Virus record (IMG/VR): IMGVR_UViG_3300049719_000183
Location: 8,486-72,485 of that record
Origin: a virus
Strand: one strand, 5' to 3'
Length of the DNA: 64,000 bases
The position numbers and the translations under genes are program-made. Position 1 is the stretch's first letter; every line of letters starts with the position of its first letter. The notes beneath the pieces were generated by a model, which saw only the letters and a program-made list of their open reading frames with translations, was not told the DNA's origin and did not search any database. Positions 9,417 through 19,341 of this stretch are shown piece by piece.

Positions 9417-11709
9417 CGTAGATGTTGCGAATGGTGACCAGCTCCGTGGGATTCACATCCAGACGGGAGGAAGGGTTCGAGGGTGAGTTTAGGCTCACCT
9501 GAATGTTGCTCAGGCCATTCAGATTGTTCACCACGTCGTAGGCGCTGACCGGGGGCGTCGTGCTGACGGTGGGTGGCGGCACGGCATACAGGGGCGCTCC
9601 GACAGCCAGTCCGAGACTCCAGGCACGCAGGGCAGATCGCACCTGCTGACGCTGGGCTTGGGAGTTGTCACCCGTGTACGCCACATAGATGTCCGTGGGC
9701 CTCTGCACTGTGTAAGCCTGTACGGGTGTCAGGTAGAGGTTGAGGGTCTGCAGAGGTCCAATGATGAACAGCTGCACCTCGCCTGTGGCGAGATTGATCG
9801 TGCTGTCCTGCGTCGGATCGAGGCCGGTGCCAGAGATGGTGGCATAGCCAGCAGTGACATCGGGTCCAATGTAGACGGGCAGACTGCCGTAGGTGCCACT
9901 CAACGCCCAAGCGAAGCCCGGGGCGAAGGGAAGCTGGCCACTTGCATAGCCTGCCGAGTTGCTCAGCAGTTCGGGCGTGTAGGCGATATTGGCCGCAGGG
10001 GCGATGAACACCGTGTCCAGGTCCGCAGGATAGACATCCGACTGTGGAGTGGCCACCACGGCATTTGTGACACCTGTGACGTTGAGCACCGTCTGGATGA
10101 GCTGTGCGAAATTGGCGGGAACGCCCGGGACGAGATCGTCCACATACAAATCAACAGCCACCTCGACTGCCTCGGCCACGTTTGCGACATTGTTGCCTGC
10201 GGCGACGGCCACCTGACAGGCAAACGGCAACGGTTGCGAGCTGCCCTGTGCAATGAGCACGTAATCCGTGGCCATCGCTACGGCCTGCAGGTAATTTGAG
10301 AGATCGGTCTGCAGGGCTCCTGAAACGGGCACCAGGCCACCCGAAGAGGATGTGGTCCATGCGTAGATGAGCACCAGGTTTCCTTCCAGGAAATTGTTCC
10401 CACCCCGTGTTACTGCCCGTGCGAACGTCACTTGACCATTTGGCCCTGAGTACTGCCCAGCCAATGTCTGATAGTCCAACAGTGTCACTGCCCTGTTGCC
10501 GGTCAGCGTGCTTGCAGGAATGCTCTGGCGGGCCGACTCAAGGGTTTCGGCATCTGCACCTCCTGTGGCAGGCTGCTGATTGAGGAGGGCCAACGTGTAC
10601 TGAGCGCCTGTGTTGTTGCCGGTCACCGACACTGTGGTGTCAATGGCACCCGATGACACATTCCCCGACACACCACCACCGATGCGATAGCTGATTGTGA
10701 TGCTGGCTTGCGAGGGTACCAGGGCTCCTCTGGTGCCATCCCCGAAGAGCAGCACGGTGTTGCCCGTTGAGGGTATCTGGAGCACCTGAAACACGGTGTC
10801 AGTGGCTCCGTTGAGACCGAGAGCAGTGGTTTGTGTCCAGAGGGTTGAGCCTACTTGCACTGTGACGGAACCATCGATGACAGGGGAGCCCGTCAAAGGT
10901 ATGGTCATGCTTGACGTGTTCGTCGGGGCAATCTGGGACACGGAATAGGTCTGTCCCTGCACCAGTGTCACACGGGTCTCATAGATGTTCGCTGTCCAGT
11001 TTCCTGTGTTTCCTGTCCAGGGGCTGAAAAGCTGGATGGTGTCGAAGTTTCCGTTGTTGTCTGTGATAATGGCCTGAATGACGGCGATACTTCCACTTCC
11101 ATCGTTCGGAACTATGACCTGGCCTATGCTGATGTAGGTCTGGAGGTTCACCGTCGTGTCCAAGCAATCCACCATGTTGCTGCCATTCGTGAACTGGAGC
11201 ACTGAGGAAATGGTGCGACTGGTCCCACTGGTGGTATTGGGATTGAAGCTCGCTACGAGTGTTTGTGGGTAGAGAGAGCCTGACGGGATGACGTAGTTTT
11301 GAAGCACCTCGAACGTCTGTGAGGGTGCACCCGTTTTGATAGGCGTAAGGGTCGCCAGGGTCACGGCCTCCGAGAGAGGGGCCGTGAGTTGCACTGTGCA
11401 CAGCACTGTTGAGGGTGACGGCTGGGCCATGTGATAGCCCACTAGGTTTCCTAGACGCACGGCACTCTCCCTAAGCTGCATCGTGCTCACGAAATTCTCA
11501 GCCACGAGGCGGTTGATGGTGTAGGCCTGGAGAGCCGTGCACCATGCCATCACATCCAGGAAGATGGTGCCGAAGTTTCCGCTTGAGAAGTCGTTCCAGC
11601 CTGTGGGGTACCGTGCCTGGACCCTTTGGACCAGGGCATCATAGTGCGACTGATAGTCCAACTGCAGGTACTGCAGGGCATTGGCGCTGGATTGAGAGTT
11701 GGTGGCCAC
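9397..11709 (-). CDS. Baseplate wedge protein (T4 gp6/baseplate J-like)
   Basis: LDYQSHYDAL...WNDFSSGNFGTIFLDVMAW...ESAVRLGNLVGY; LLFGDGTRG; GGADAETLESARQ; RAVTLLDY. Confidence 0.9.
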   Translation of the reverse strand: MATNSQSSANALQYLQLDYQSHYDALVQRVQARYPTGWNDFSSGNFGTIFLDVMAWCTALQAYTINRLVAENFVSTMQLRESAVRLGNLVGYHMAQPSPSTVLCTVQLTAPLSEAVTLATLTPIKTGAPSQTFEVLQNYVIPSGSLYPQTLVASFNPNTTSGTSRTISSVLQFTNGSNMVDCLDTTVNLQTYISIGQVIVPNDGSGSIAVIQAIITDNNGNFDTIQLFSPWTGNTGNWTANIYETRVTLVQGQTYSVSQIAPTNTSSMTIPLTGSPVIDGSVTVQVGSTLWTQTTALGLNGATDTVFQVLQIPSTGNTVLLFGDGTRGALVPSQASITISYRIGGGVSGNVSSGAIDTTVSVTGNNTGAQYTLALLNQQPATGGADAETLESARQSIPASTLTGNRAVTLLDYQTLAGQYSGPNGQVTFARAVTRGGNNFLEGNLVLIYAWTTSSSGGLVPVSGALQTDLSNYLQAVAMATDYVLIAQGSSQPLPFACQVAVAAGNNVANVAEAVEVAVDLYVDDLVPGVPANFAQLIQTVLNVTGVTNAVVATPQSDVYPADLDTVFIAPAANIAYTPELLSNSAGYASGQLPFAPGFAWALSGTYGSLPVYIGPDVTAGYATISGTGLDPTQDSTINLATGEVQLFIIGPLQTLNLYLTPVQAYTVQRPTDIYVAYTGDNSQAQRQQVRSALRAWSLGLAVGAPLYAVPPPTVSTTPPVSAYDVVNNLNGLSNIQVSLNSPSNPSSRLDVNPTELVTIRNIYVNGLTN

Positions 11710-11739
11710 GCTTAACTGTCGTCGGATTCTAGTTAACCA

Positions 11740-11880
11740 GTGAGAGTCGCCTACAGCCTATTCCTCAATGATTGCCTCATCTGCCAAGTGAGGTGCGTTG
11801 ACGCTGCGCCACTGCCTCCAGCACGCTTGGGATATTCGTGGCTGCGCAGTCTTATCACAGCCGCATTAGTTAGAGGGTGA
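11740..11880 (+). CDS. Putative 46-aa small late protein (below ORF-track cutoff)
   Basis: TAGTTA(11730-35)-N4-GTG; open frame MRVAYSLFLNDCLICQVRC...; stop overlaps next start (GTGA). Confidence 0.4.
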   Translation: MRVAYSLFLNDCLICQVRCVDAAPLPPARLGYSWLRSLITAALVRG

Positions 11881-12323
11881 TCCACGAATTTCACGAACCC
11901 GTCCGTAACTTCAAGAAAGGCAAGGGCGACCTGGGGGCACCTGGATTGCCCAGCCGACAGGAGGCCTTTCTTTCGGGTGTGACGCTGTCACTTTGTAAAC
12001 AGAGTCCCGCCATGTACGCCTATCTGAGGGACGCCGAGGTGGACAAGGGTGGGAAGTGCTGGCTCGTGTTCTTCAAACTTCCTCCTGACGTGGTGAAAAA
12101 CCTGGGTCAGGTGATCAATGTGGAGAAAAAGGAGGCGTTCGAGTTCCAGCAGCACGGTGTATTTTTCACGGCCATCTCATTGGAGCCCTCGGATGACGAG
12201 ATGAAGACCCTTGAGCGTTACTACCATGACAAGGGTGACGAGGCCAAATCGAAGGTAGTGGGACCGGACGACGATGAACAGACAGATAGCGCGGCTGATA
12301 GGCTGGCAACCGTCAAAAACTGA
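11877..12323 (+). CDS. Hypothetical late protein, possibly continuing to 12555 across an indel in an A run
   Basis: TAGTTA-N4-GTG; downstream frame 12274-12555 stays open. Confidence 0.6.
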   Translation: MIHEFHEPVRNFKKGKGDLGAPGLPSRQEAFLSGVTLSLCKQSPAMYAYLRDAEVDKGGKCWLVFFKLPPDVVKNLGQVINVEKKEAFEFQQHGVFFTAISLEPSDDEMKTLERYYHDKGDEAKSKVVGPDDDEQTDSAADRLATVKN

Positions 12324-12538
12324 GGCAGCTCCCAGCTGGCTCGGCACCCGACTCGTGCCTCTAGCCGAGGGCTTCATCCGTCAACAGCCCGAGCGGTTGG
12401 ACGTAAACACTCTTCGAGTCGAATCCTCATCAGGATCGAAGGTAAACTTTGCCATTGATGGTTATGCAGCCGATCACGAGTCCACCCGTGTGTTCAACAC
12501 AACGGTGCGTGGGTCGTACGACGTGACGACAGGCGAAC

Positions 12539-12742
12539 TCAACCGTCTGGAGTAAGAGTCCTGTCGTCGGGCTTCGTGTAAACGAGTCTTCCACTGACGA
12601 AATCTATCACGAGCTTCCGCACGAACTGGTTCTCAGTGTTTACGTTACGCAGTTTGATGCTGCGGTGTTCCTTGACCAGGGAGTCGAAGTGAGACTTGCG
12701 CAGGCGGAAGATGATGACTTCGGATCGGGCTTCTTTGGACAT
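12539..12742 (-). CDS. Small basic protein, ribbon-helix-helix-like
   Basis: MSKEARSEVIIFRL...NQFVRKLVIDF; GTTCT-N8-ATG upstream. Confidence 0.5.
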   Translation of the reverse strand: MSKEARSEVIIFRLRKSHFDSLVKEHRSIKLRNVNTENQFVRKLVIDFVSGRLVYTKPDDRTLTPDG

Positions 12743-12784
12743 AGGGGATAAGAACAAGGGTGTCCGTTCTTAGATAGTTAACAA

Positions 12785-14689
12785 ATGGCCGCCATCAATC
12801 AATTGCTGAAAGTCCTTGGAATCGTGGGTAGTGGCGTGTCTCGCGACACGCTTTCCCCCATGTTGAGGGGACCCACGGCGGGCGAAGAGCAACAACGCGA
12901 GTGGGAAAAGGCTGGAGTGGTTCAGAACCCCGAGGTGTGGGGCATCTATGGGAACTACATGCAGCAGCCCGAGACGCTGGACCAGCAGATGTTGCTCTGG
13001 CACGAGATGCTGAGTTGGGACCTTGTGGGGGCGGCCTTGAAGGAACTCTCCGAGGAGGCTACGCAGCCTGATTTTGTCACAGGTCATACGCTGTGGTTCG
13101 AGTGCACGGACAAGAACTTCGAGAAGAAGCTCATGAAGCTGCGGGATGCCCTAGGCGTGGAGGAACATCTGCAGTCTCAGACCTGGCACGTAGCGGGTTA
13201 CGGAAACAACTTCGAGAAACTTCACTACGAGGCGGGGCAAGGCGTCACGGGGATCAGTTTTGCCCACCCCATCGATGTGCGCCGGTATTGGCTCGCCAAG
13301 AATCGCCAGTGCGTGGGCTTCATGTGGAAGCAGGAAAATCCTCCTGAGACAGAGAATTTCCAGGTGAATGGAGCTACGTTCGTCAGGGGCACCATCCAAG
13401 GTGGTGGGGCAGCCAATGTGCCGAAGAACCTGTGGTTCCCCTGGGACTTCCTGCACATGCGCCGGATGCAGCGCAGCCGTATCAACGAGCACGGCGAGCC
13501 CATCTTCAAGGAGGCACAGGGCATCTACAAGAAGCTGAGGCTAGCCCTCGACCAGATGGTGGTCCATCGCCTCCAGATCCAGCCAGATCGTTACGTGGTC
13601 AACATCGACACGAAGGACCAGCCCCCGGCAGAGCAGATGCGCACGGTGCAGCGTTGGCAGCAGATGATGCGCAAGAAGATGGCTTTCGGAGCCGGGCAGA
13701 GCCAAGCCAATCTCACTGTGACGGATTTCAGGAGCCAGTATGACCCGATGGCTCTCGACACGGTGCTCTACATGCCCATTCCCAGGGACACGCAACACGC
13801 GATCAACAAGCTGGCGGGCACGCCACAGGTGCCTGATGTGTTCGACATCGAGCTGTTGATGAATCTGTTTTTCAGCATCATGGGCATGCCCTTGTCGTGG
13901 CTTGGTGTGAAGTCAGGTGGCGGTGGGGGAGACAGTCAGCAACCCGCCTCAGGCAAGGCTCTCCTAGCCCAGGACATGCGGTTCCTCAGGCAGACCCGTT
14001 CCGTTCGCAAGGGCGTCATTGACGGCTATACGTGGCTGGCCTATTTCCACGCCCTGCTCACGAACGAGAAGATAGATGATCTGAACATCTCGGCTAAGAT
14101 GAGCGACATCAGCGGGTTGGAGGATCAGATAAAGCTGGAACTCTTGCAGATGCAGATCGATCTGCTGGACAAGCTTGGATCGGCGCTGGGCAACATTGGC
14201 GTGCCTACTCATGTCATGGTGGACCTCGTTTTCAGACGCTACATGAGGCTGCCGGACGACGTGGTGAACGCTGTTATCACCGCCCTCCCGAGTGAGACGC
14301 CCCCGCCTGGCCAGCAGGAGAACGTGAACACTGTAGAGCACAAGATCAGGCAGTTGATGCTCACAGAGTCGAAGACCACACAGAAGATCATGGAGATTGT
14401 GAAGGTGCTCCGGAGCAATGATGCCGAGATGAGGCGCTTCCTGAACGAAACCTCACGGGCCGAGGCGATAGACAGGCTTCCCAAGAAGGGTGAAATGGCG
14501 AGCCTCATGGAGTCTATACGGAGGAACGACAACACACAGCAGATACTGATGGAGACTAAGCTAGACCTCACGGGCAGCATGCCTCCCGCTCCGACACCTG
14601 CTGTTGGCCGCGGGGATGGCAGAGTGGAGGGCTCTGTGGGCTGGCAGCTTCCCCAGTCTGTACGGGGCTTTTATGGGAGGCAGTCATGA
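12785..14689 (+). CDS. Portal protein (T4 gp20-like)
   Basis: KKLRLALDQMVVHRLQIQPDRYVVNID resembles the gp20 IYRL..APERR.FYID block; DIELLMNLFFSIMGMP; QDMRF. Confidence 0.88.
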   Translation: MAAINQLLKVLGIVGSGVSRDTLSPMLRGPTAGEEQQREWEKAGVVQNPEVWGIYGNYMQQPETLDQQMLLWHEMLSWDLVGAALKELSEEATQPDFVTGHTLWFECTDKNFEKKLMKLRDALGVEEHLQSQTWHVAGYGNNFEKLHYEAGQGVTGISFAHPIDVRRYWLAKNRQCVGFMWKQENPPETENFQVNGATFVRGTIQGGGAANVPKNLWFPWDFLHMRRMQRSRINEHGEPIFKEAQGIYKKLRLALDQMVVHRLQIQPDRYVVNIDTKDQPPAEQMRTVQRWQQMMRKKMAFGAGQSQANLTVTDFRSQYDPMALDTVLYMPIPRDTQHAINKLAGTPQVPDVFDIELLMNLFFSIMGMPLSWLGVKSGGGGGDSQQPASGKALLAQDMRFLRQTRSVRKGVIDGYTWLAYFHALLTNEKIDDLNISAKMSDISGLEDQIKLELLQMQIDLLDKLGSALGNIGVPTHVMVDLVFRRYMRLPDDVVNAVITALPSETPPPGQQENVNTVEHKIRQLMLTESKTTQKIMEIVKVLRSNDAEMRRFLNETSRAEAIDRLPKKGEMASLMESIRRNDNTQQILMETKLDLTGSMPPAPTPAVGRGDGRVEGSVGWQLPQSVRGFYGRQS

Positions 14690-15396
14690 TCTCGTTTTCT
14701 GGCACTCCTACGGTTGTTGCCAGCGCAACGAGCAACAACCAGCCTCTAGCCACACTTTCGGCTACCATCACGGATTCCGTGCTCACCTATGTGGGTGCCA
14801 CGGTGAATTGGGGTGATGGGACGACCACGAGATACTCCCAGGTCAAGAAGCCGTTGATCATTTCCGGCGTCATCCACACCTACAGTACGCTGGGCACCTA
14901 CAACGTCACGGTCACAGCCTTCAACTATGCGAGCCCAACGCCGCAGACGATCACCTGGACAGGCGTGCCCATTTACGCCAATTCGAGCGACATCACGTTG
15001 CCCGGCACGTTCCCCAATTACGCGTACATCGGCCCCATCATAGCCAACGCATTGGGCTACCCGAATCCGAATCAGTGGGCCTGGCAGTTTGGAACCGACA
15101 ACGCCACCCTTATCAGCTCACTGACCCTCCTGCTGAGCACCTCCCGGGGCGACCGCCTGATGGATCCAAATTTTGGAACCAATCTAGCTCAGCTGGTGTT
15201 CAGTTTGAACGGCCCCATCGTGAACGACGCCATCTACAGTGACGTGCAGCAGGCCGTAGCCAGCTATGAACCCCGGGCGCAGCTCGTTGACATTAAGACC
15301 ACGGTGAATGGCCGTGTAATCTTTGTGAATGCTGCTTTCCAGTCACTCATCAATGGGCAACAATTTAGTGTCCAAAATGTTCCTGTAGTCCCCTAA
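14686..15396 (+). CDS. PKD domain plus gp25/GPW-like baseplate protein
   Basis: VNWGDG...HTYSTLGTYNVTV; LLLSTSRGDRLMDPNFGTNL...YEPRA. Confidence 0.85.
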   Translation: MISFSGTPTVVASATSNNQPLATLSATITDSVLTYVGATVNWGDGTTTRYSQVKKPLIISGVIHTYSTLGTYNVTVTAFNYASPTPQTITWTGVPIYANSSDITLPGTFPNYAYIGPIIANALGYPNPNQWAWQFGTDNATLISSLTLLLSTSRGDRLMDPNFGTNLAQLVFSLNGPIVNDAIYSDVQQAVASYEPRAQLVDIKTTVNGRVIFVNAAFQSLINGQQFSVQNVPVVP

Positions 15397-15716
15397 TGCA
15401 GAGAGACAAGTTCAAGCAGGTTGATTTCATCCGATTTTTCAACGAGCAGGGCCTTCCCTATTCGCAGGCCCGCCGAGCCTACACGGCCATGATCGAGGCG
15501 TTCGAGTCGGCCATGGTGAACCAGCAGGTGATACGACTGAGCCACCTCGGTACCATTTTTCCACGGGAAATCCCGTCACGGGAAATTACGATGGGATGCC
15601 GCAAGGTGAAGGGGGGCCTGCGTGACCCGAACATCTACAAGTACACGATAGGCAAGCGGGTCAAGTTCGTGCTCAAACTCAATGAGACCTTCAGCAAGCG
15701 TTACGGTTTCAGGTGA
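15396..15716 (+). CDS. HU/IHF-like DNA-binding protein
   Basis: Helical N-terminus, IRLSHLGTIFPRE, basic arm, VKFVL. Confidence 0.6.
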   Translation: MQRDKFKQVDFIRFFNEQGLPYSQARRAYTAMIEAFESAMVNQQVIRLSHLGTIFPREIPSREITMGCRKVKGGLRDPNIYKYTIGKRVKFVLKLNETFSKRYGFR

Positions 15717-15734
15717 GACGACACCAGTTAAGCT

Positions 15735-17003
15735 ATGACAGTCTCTGCCGGAACACTGACTACCATCACACCCCTGAACCTGCCGGATGCGGCAGGCTAC
15801 AATTTCATGGGCGGGGACGTGATGCACCAGGCTCCCACAGCCCCCATCGATTGGGCCAATCTTTCCTACTGTTCCCGCACTCTGGCCGCCCGTGACAACA
15901 TCATTGCAGCCAAGGTGGAGCAGCTTATCTCCCAGGTAAACAACCAGGAACAGCTTGTCCCCATAAATGTCCCCTCCACCTATTTGGCCCCGGGTGACGT
16001 GGAGACGTGCATCGCCGTTCGCATTCCCGCTGGTTTCCAAGGCCGTGTGTTGAACTCGGCGGTGAACGCTAGCCCCCTGGTGGGTACAACATTGCTGCAA
16101 GTCCTCTACAATCCGGCATTTGGAGCGACAACGGGACAGGTGGCCTCCTCGACCTACAGCGAGAACGCGACAGCCACCAGTTTCTACTCTACAGGCGAGT
16201 TCGCTATCGTCCTGAGCAACGCAGGCACGGTGCCCGTCACAGCATTCGCCAGCGTGCTCATCACGATGGAGCCGGTGGTGGACCAGCCGGGCAGTTTAAT
16301 TGGCCCGGGAGTCCCGGGTCCTCAGGGCCTCCCAGGTCCGTCAGGTGCGAACGGAACCAACGGCGGCCCCGGACCCATGGGACCGACAGGTGCTCCAGGC
16401 ATGGTGTGGCTGGGTCAGTGGAGCAACGTGGCCACCTACATCCCGACAAACGTGGTCTGGTACAACTGGGGTGTCCTTGGGGTGGCGGCCTACTACTGCA
16501 TCGTTGCAAACAGCAACCAGGTACCTCCCGTGCCTGCATCGGCTCCAAGTGCTTTTTGGGATCTGCTGGCCTACACGCCCCCGAGCGCACAACCAATACA
16601 GATTTCACCCACTTTCACCTGGGTAGGAGCAGGATCCGTGGGCACCACATTTGGTTACTATCAGGCACCCTTTGCAGGCTTCATCACAGGAGCTTCGGCC
16701 TCTGTGCAGTCACCCGCTGTGGGTAACATAGGGTCTGGCTGCCAGATCGACCTGCTTTACTCCAACATACCCTTCTCTGGCAGCGCAATTCGCACCTTCA
16801 ATACGGTGTACCTTGAGCGCGGAAGTTTCTTTTCTGGCACAACTTTTCCGACGCCTTATCCGGTCCTGTCAGGGCAGTACATTCGTTCTCAGGTGGTACT
16901 GCCGCCAGGTAGCGTCGTGCTTACTCCTCCCTTCTTTATCCCCGGTGGCAGCAGCACTACGGTAGCCCAGAATCTCAACGTCATCTACACGTTCATCGCG
17001 TAG
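15735..17003 (+). CDS. Tail fibre/structural protein with collagen-like repeats
   Basis: GPQGLPGPSGANGTNGGPGPMGPTGAPG; WLGQWSNVATY; CAGTTA-N4-ATG. Confidence 0.75.
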   Translation: MTVSAGTLTTITPLNLPDAAGYNFMGGDVMHQAPTAPIDWANLSYCSRTLAARDNIIAAKVEQLISQVNNQEQLVPINVPSTYLAPGDVETCIAVRIPAGFQGRVLNSAVNASPLVGTTLLQVLYNPAFGATTGQVASSTYSENATATSFYSTGEFAIVLSNAGTVPVTAFASVLITMEPVVDQPGSLIGPGVPGPQGLPGPSGANGTNGGPGPMGPTGAPGMVWLGQWSNVATYIPTNVVWYNWGVLGVAAYYCIVANSNQVPPVPASAPSAFWDLLAYTPPSAQPIQISPTFTWVGAGSVGTTFGYYQAPFAGFITGASASVQSPAVGNIGSGCQIDLLYSNIPFSGSAIRTFNTVYLERGSFFSGTTFPTPYPVLSGQYIRSQVVLPPGSVVLTPPFFIPGGSSTTVAQNLNVIYTFIA

Positions 17004-17018
17004 TTCTAATTGGGCCTC

Positions 17019-17495
17019 ATGGCCCGTGAACTACCCACACTGAAGCGTCTGAAGCTTGGACGTGACGCCATCGATCTCGATTACTACCTGACATCGAACT
17101 ACGACAATATCAGCGATGCCAGCGCTGAGTTGCCCGCAGTGATCGAGTGGGTGAATGAGCAGAACCAAGGCTACGTCGAGAGGATGCACATCCTCAAGGG
17201 CGAGCTGAAGGAGGCCGAGGCTTCGGCTTTCCTACGACTGGCTGAACCGGGCACTGATGAGAGCTTTGAGAACAAGTTCCCTGGTGTCAAACGCACGTCC
17301 GAGGCTTTGAACCATGCCATGGAGCTTGACCCCGAGGTGAGGCAGAAGCGGAGCGACCTGGCCCATCACATTTCTTGGGTGGAAAGACTGCGCCAACTCC
17401 AGGTGAGTCTCACTGCAAAACTCGACATGGTGAGGAGCAGCGAGGCCACGCGGAGACGCGTGTTCTTAGACCCTCACGACGATCCGTCAGTTTGA
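17019..17495 (+). CDS. UvsY-like recombination mediator
   Basis: Coiled-coil protein of about 158 aa directly upstream of gp32-like and UvsX-like genes. Confidence 0.55.
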   Translation: MARELPTLKRLKLGRDAIDLDYYLTSNYDNISDASAELPAVIEWVNEQNQGYVERMHILKGELKEAEASAFLRLAEPGTDESFENKFPGVKRTSEALNHAMELDPEVRQKRSDLAHHISWVERLRQLQVSLTAKLDMVRSSEATRRRVFLDPHDDPSV

Positions 17496-17512
17496 TTCAA
17501 TCCCCCAACACT

Positions 17513-18760
17513 ATGTCCAATACTGATCCCTCCTTCATGGCCGAACTCGATGCGGAGGCCGAGTACGCCCGCAAGGGCAGCCTCATCAGCCGTCTGACAA
17601 TCGAGCGTGGCGAAGGCGCTGTGGTGCGCTTCCTGCCCGTCCAGATGGGCACGGCCCACACTTGGTTCGGCCGGGTAGGCCGTCACTGGTTCAACAAGAA
17701 AATGATCGGCTGCCCCCGCACCACGAGCCCCCACATGGGCGGCGACATGGAGGCCGATTGCCCCGTCTGTGCGCTTGCTGAGGCGCTGATGGCTGAGGGC
17801 GACAAAGCCCTCCACGATCAAGGCAAGAAGCTGGCCGTCTGGCCCCAGTACCTCACCTACGTGCTCGAACTGGAGCGCATCGACAAGCGGGGAGACTCCG
17901 AGCCCGTCAAGGCAAGGGACGCCTACACACCCCAGATCTTCTGGCTCACCAAGATCGCTTTCATCGAGTTGGAGCGGCTGGTGAAGAAGTCGCTGGCCGC
18001 ATCGCCTCAGCTTGGCCTTCTTGACCCCATCCTTGGCAACGATGTCGAGGTGCGCCGGGATGCAAAGGGCACTTGGAGGCTCGATCTCATGGCTCCACAG
18101 CCCATTCGCAACGATCTGTCCGATGACGATCTTGTTGCATGGGTGAACGACCTCTGTTCCTCGATCAAGCAGGAGAACACACGGCCTGCCGGATACGAGG
18201 AGCTGGAGAAATACGCTCAGCACGTCGAGAAGCAGCTGGAGAACGTCGAGGAGGCTCCCCGGGGTCGTGGTCGATTCGAGGAGGAGGAGAGTGAACAACC
18301 CGCTCCTCGTCGCCGCCTTGCTGCCGCTGCACCTGCCGCTGCCATCGCTCCTCGGGGCGCACTTCGCTCCCTCAGGGCACCTGCCGCTGCGGCCCCTGCC
18401 CCGTCACAGGTGGAGCGGGAACTCGATGCAGTGCCAGAAGGGGAAGCACCTGCCGCAGAAGTTCGCAGGGCACCTACGCCAGCACCGCAACCGGCACCCC
18501 GTCCGGCACCACGCCCGGCAGTACGTCAGAGCGGCGTCATCAGCGAGCCTCCTGCAGGACGCAGGCCCACACCGGCTACGCCTCCCCCCGAGGCCAGCAT
18601 GAACGAGGACCCCTCCGATGAGGTACCCCCCGAGACAAGAGATCCGGCCCCTCCGATTGCGCAGGAGCCACCTCCCACACCGCCCGCTTCAGCACCCAGG
18701 CCGCAGACACCCCGTCGCCTGAGTGCTGCGCTCACTCGAACCCTTAGCAGAGGAGTCTGA
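17513..18760 (+). CDS. Single-stranded DNA-binding protein (gp32-like) with Pro/Ala-rich tail
   Basis: AVVRFLP, HWF, GCP...CPVC zinc site, LLDPILGNDV. Confidence 0.8.
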   Translation: MSNTDPSFMAELDAEAEYARKGSLISRLTIERGEGAVVRFLPVQMGTAHTWFGRVGRHWFNKKMIGCPRTTSPHMGGDMEADCPVCALAEALMAEGDKALHDQGKKLAVWPQYLTYVLELERIDKRGDSEPVKARDAYTPQIFWLTKIAFIELERLVKKSLAASPQLGLLDPILGNDVEVRRDAKGTWRLDLMAPQPIRNDLSDDDLVAWVNDLCSSIKQENTRPAGYEELEKYAQHVEKQLENVEEAPRGRGRFEEEESEQPAPRRRLAAAAPAAAIAPRGALRSLRAPAAAAPAPSQVERELDAVPEGEAPAAEVRRAPTPAPQPAPRPAPRPAVRQSGVISEPPAGRRPTPATPPPEASMNEDPSDEVPPETRDPAPPIAQEPPPTPPASAPRPQTPRRLSAALTRTLSRGV

Positions 18761-18761
18761 C

Positions 18762-19037
18762 ATGGGCAGGCACTTTATACGATTCAAGCTGCTATACATC
18801 ACCCTGATCATCTCGATTGCTTCGGCAATCGTGGGTGCTCTAGGACCCCTTAAGGATCTCACGAAGGAGCAACTACACGCCTTCTCCTGGGTGTACTGGG
18901 CGGTGGTGTTCTTCAATATCGTTGTCTCCGCAGGCAACAACATTGTCGCCGCTCTGAGCACACCTCCTGCCGATACAGAGCCCGCTGAGCCCGTCACCGA
19001 ACCAAAGCCTACACCTTCACCGGCACCTGCCGTTTAA
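18762..19037 (+). CDS. Small two-TM membrane protein (holin-like)
   Basis: Two hydrophobic segments; AGGAG upstream. Confidence 0.45.
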   Translation: MGRHFIRFKLLYITLIISIASAIVGALGPLKDLTKEQLHAFSWVYWAVVFFNIVVSAGNNIVAALSTPPADTEPAEPVTEPKPTPSPAPAV

Positions 19038-19041
19038 CACC

Positions 19042-19341
19042 ATGATCAGAAAATCCACACTCTCTGACGAGGCGTGCCCCGTCAAACAGAAGCACACTCC
19101 CGTAGAGGAGGCACTTGCCTGTCAGCATTCGGCCTGCAACGAGCTTATAGCCTCACTGGATTCCCTCAGAAAGAGGTTGAACCCTATTCTGGAGCCTACC
19201 CCGTGTAGTGATGGCGGTGACGATGCGTGCGAAAAGGAATGCCCGGACATTCTTCTCACTCACCGGATAGACGAGAACACGAACGGCGTGCGTACGGCAC
19301 GGTCCATTGTTAGCGACATCAATGAGAGGCTGATGCTCTGA
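19042..19341 (+). CDS. Hypothetical protein
   Basis: TGATG coupling to the recombinase gene. Confidence 0.6.
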   Translation: MIRKSTLSDEACPVKQKHTPVEEALACQHSACNELIASLDSLRKRLNPILEPTPCSDGGDDACEKECPDILLTHRIDENTNGVRTARSIVSDINERLML

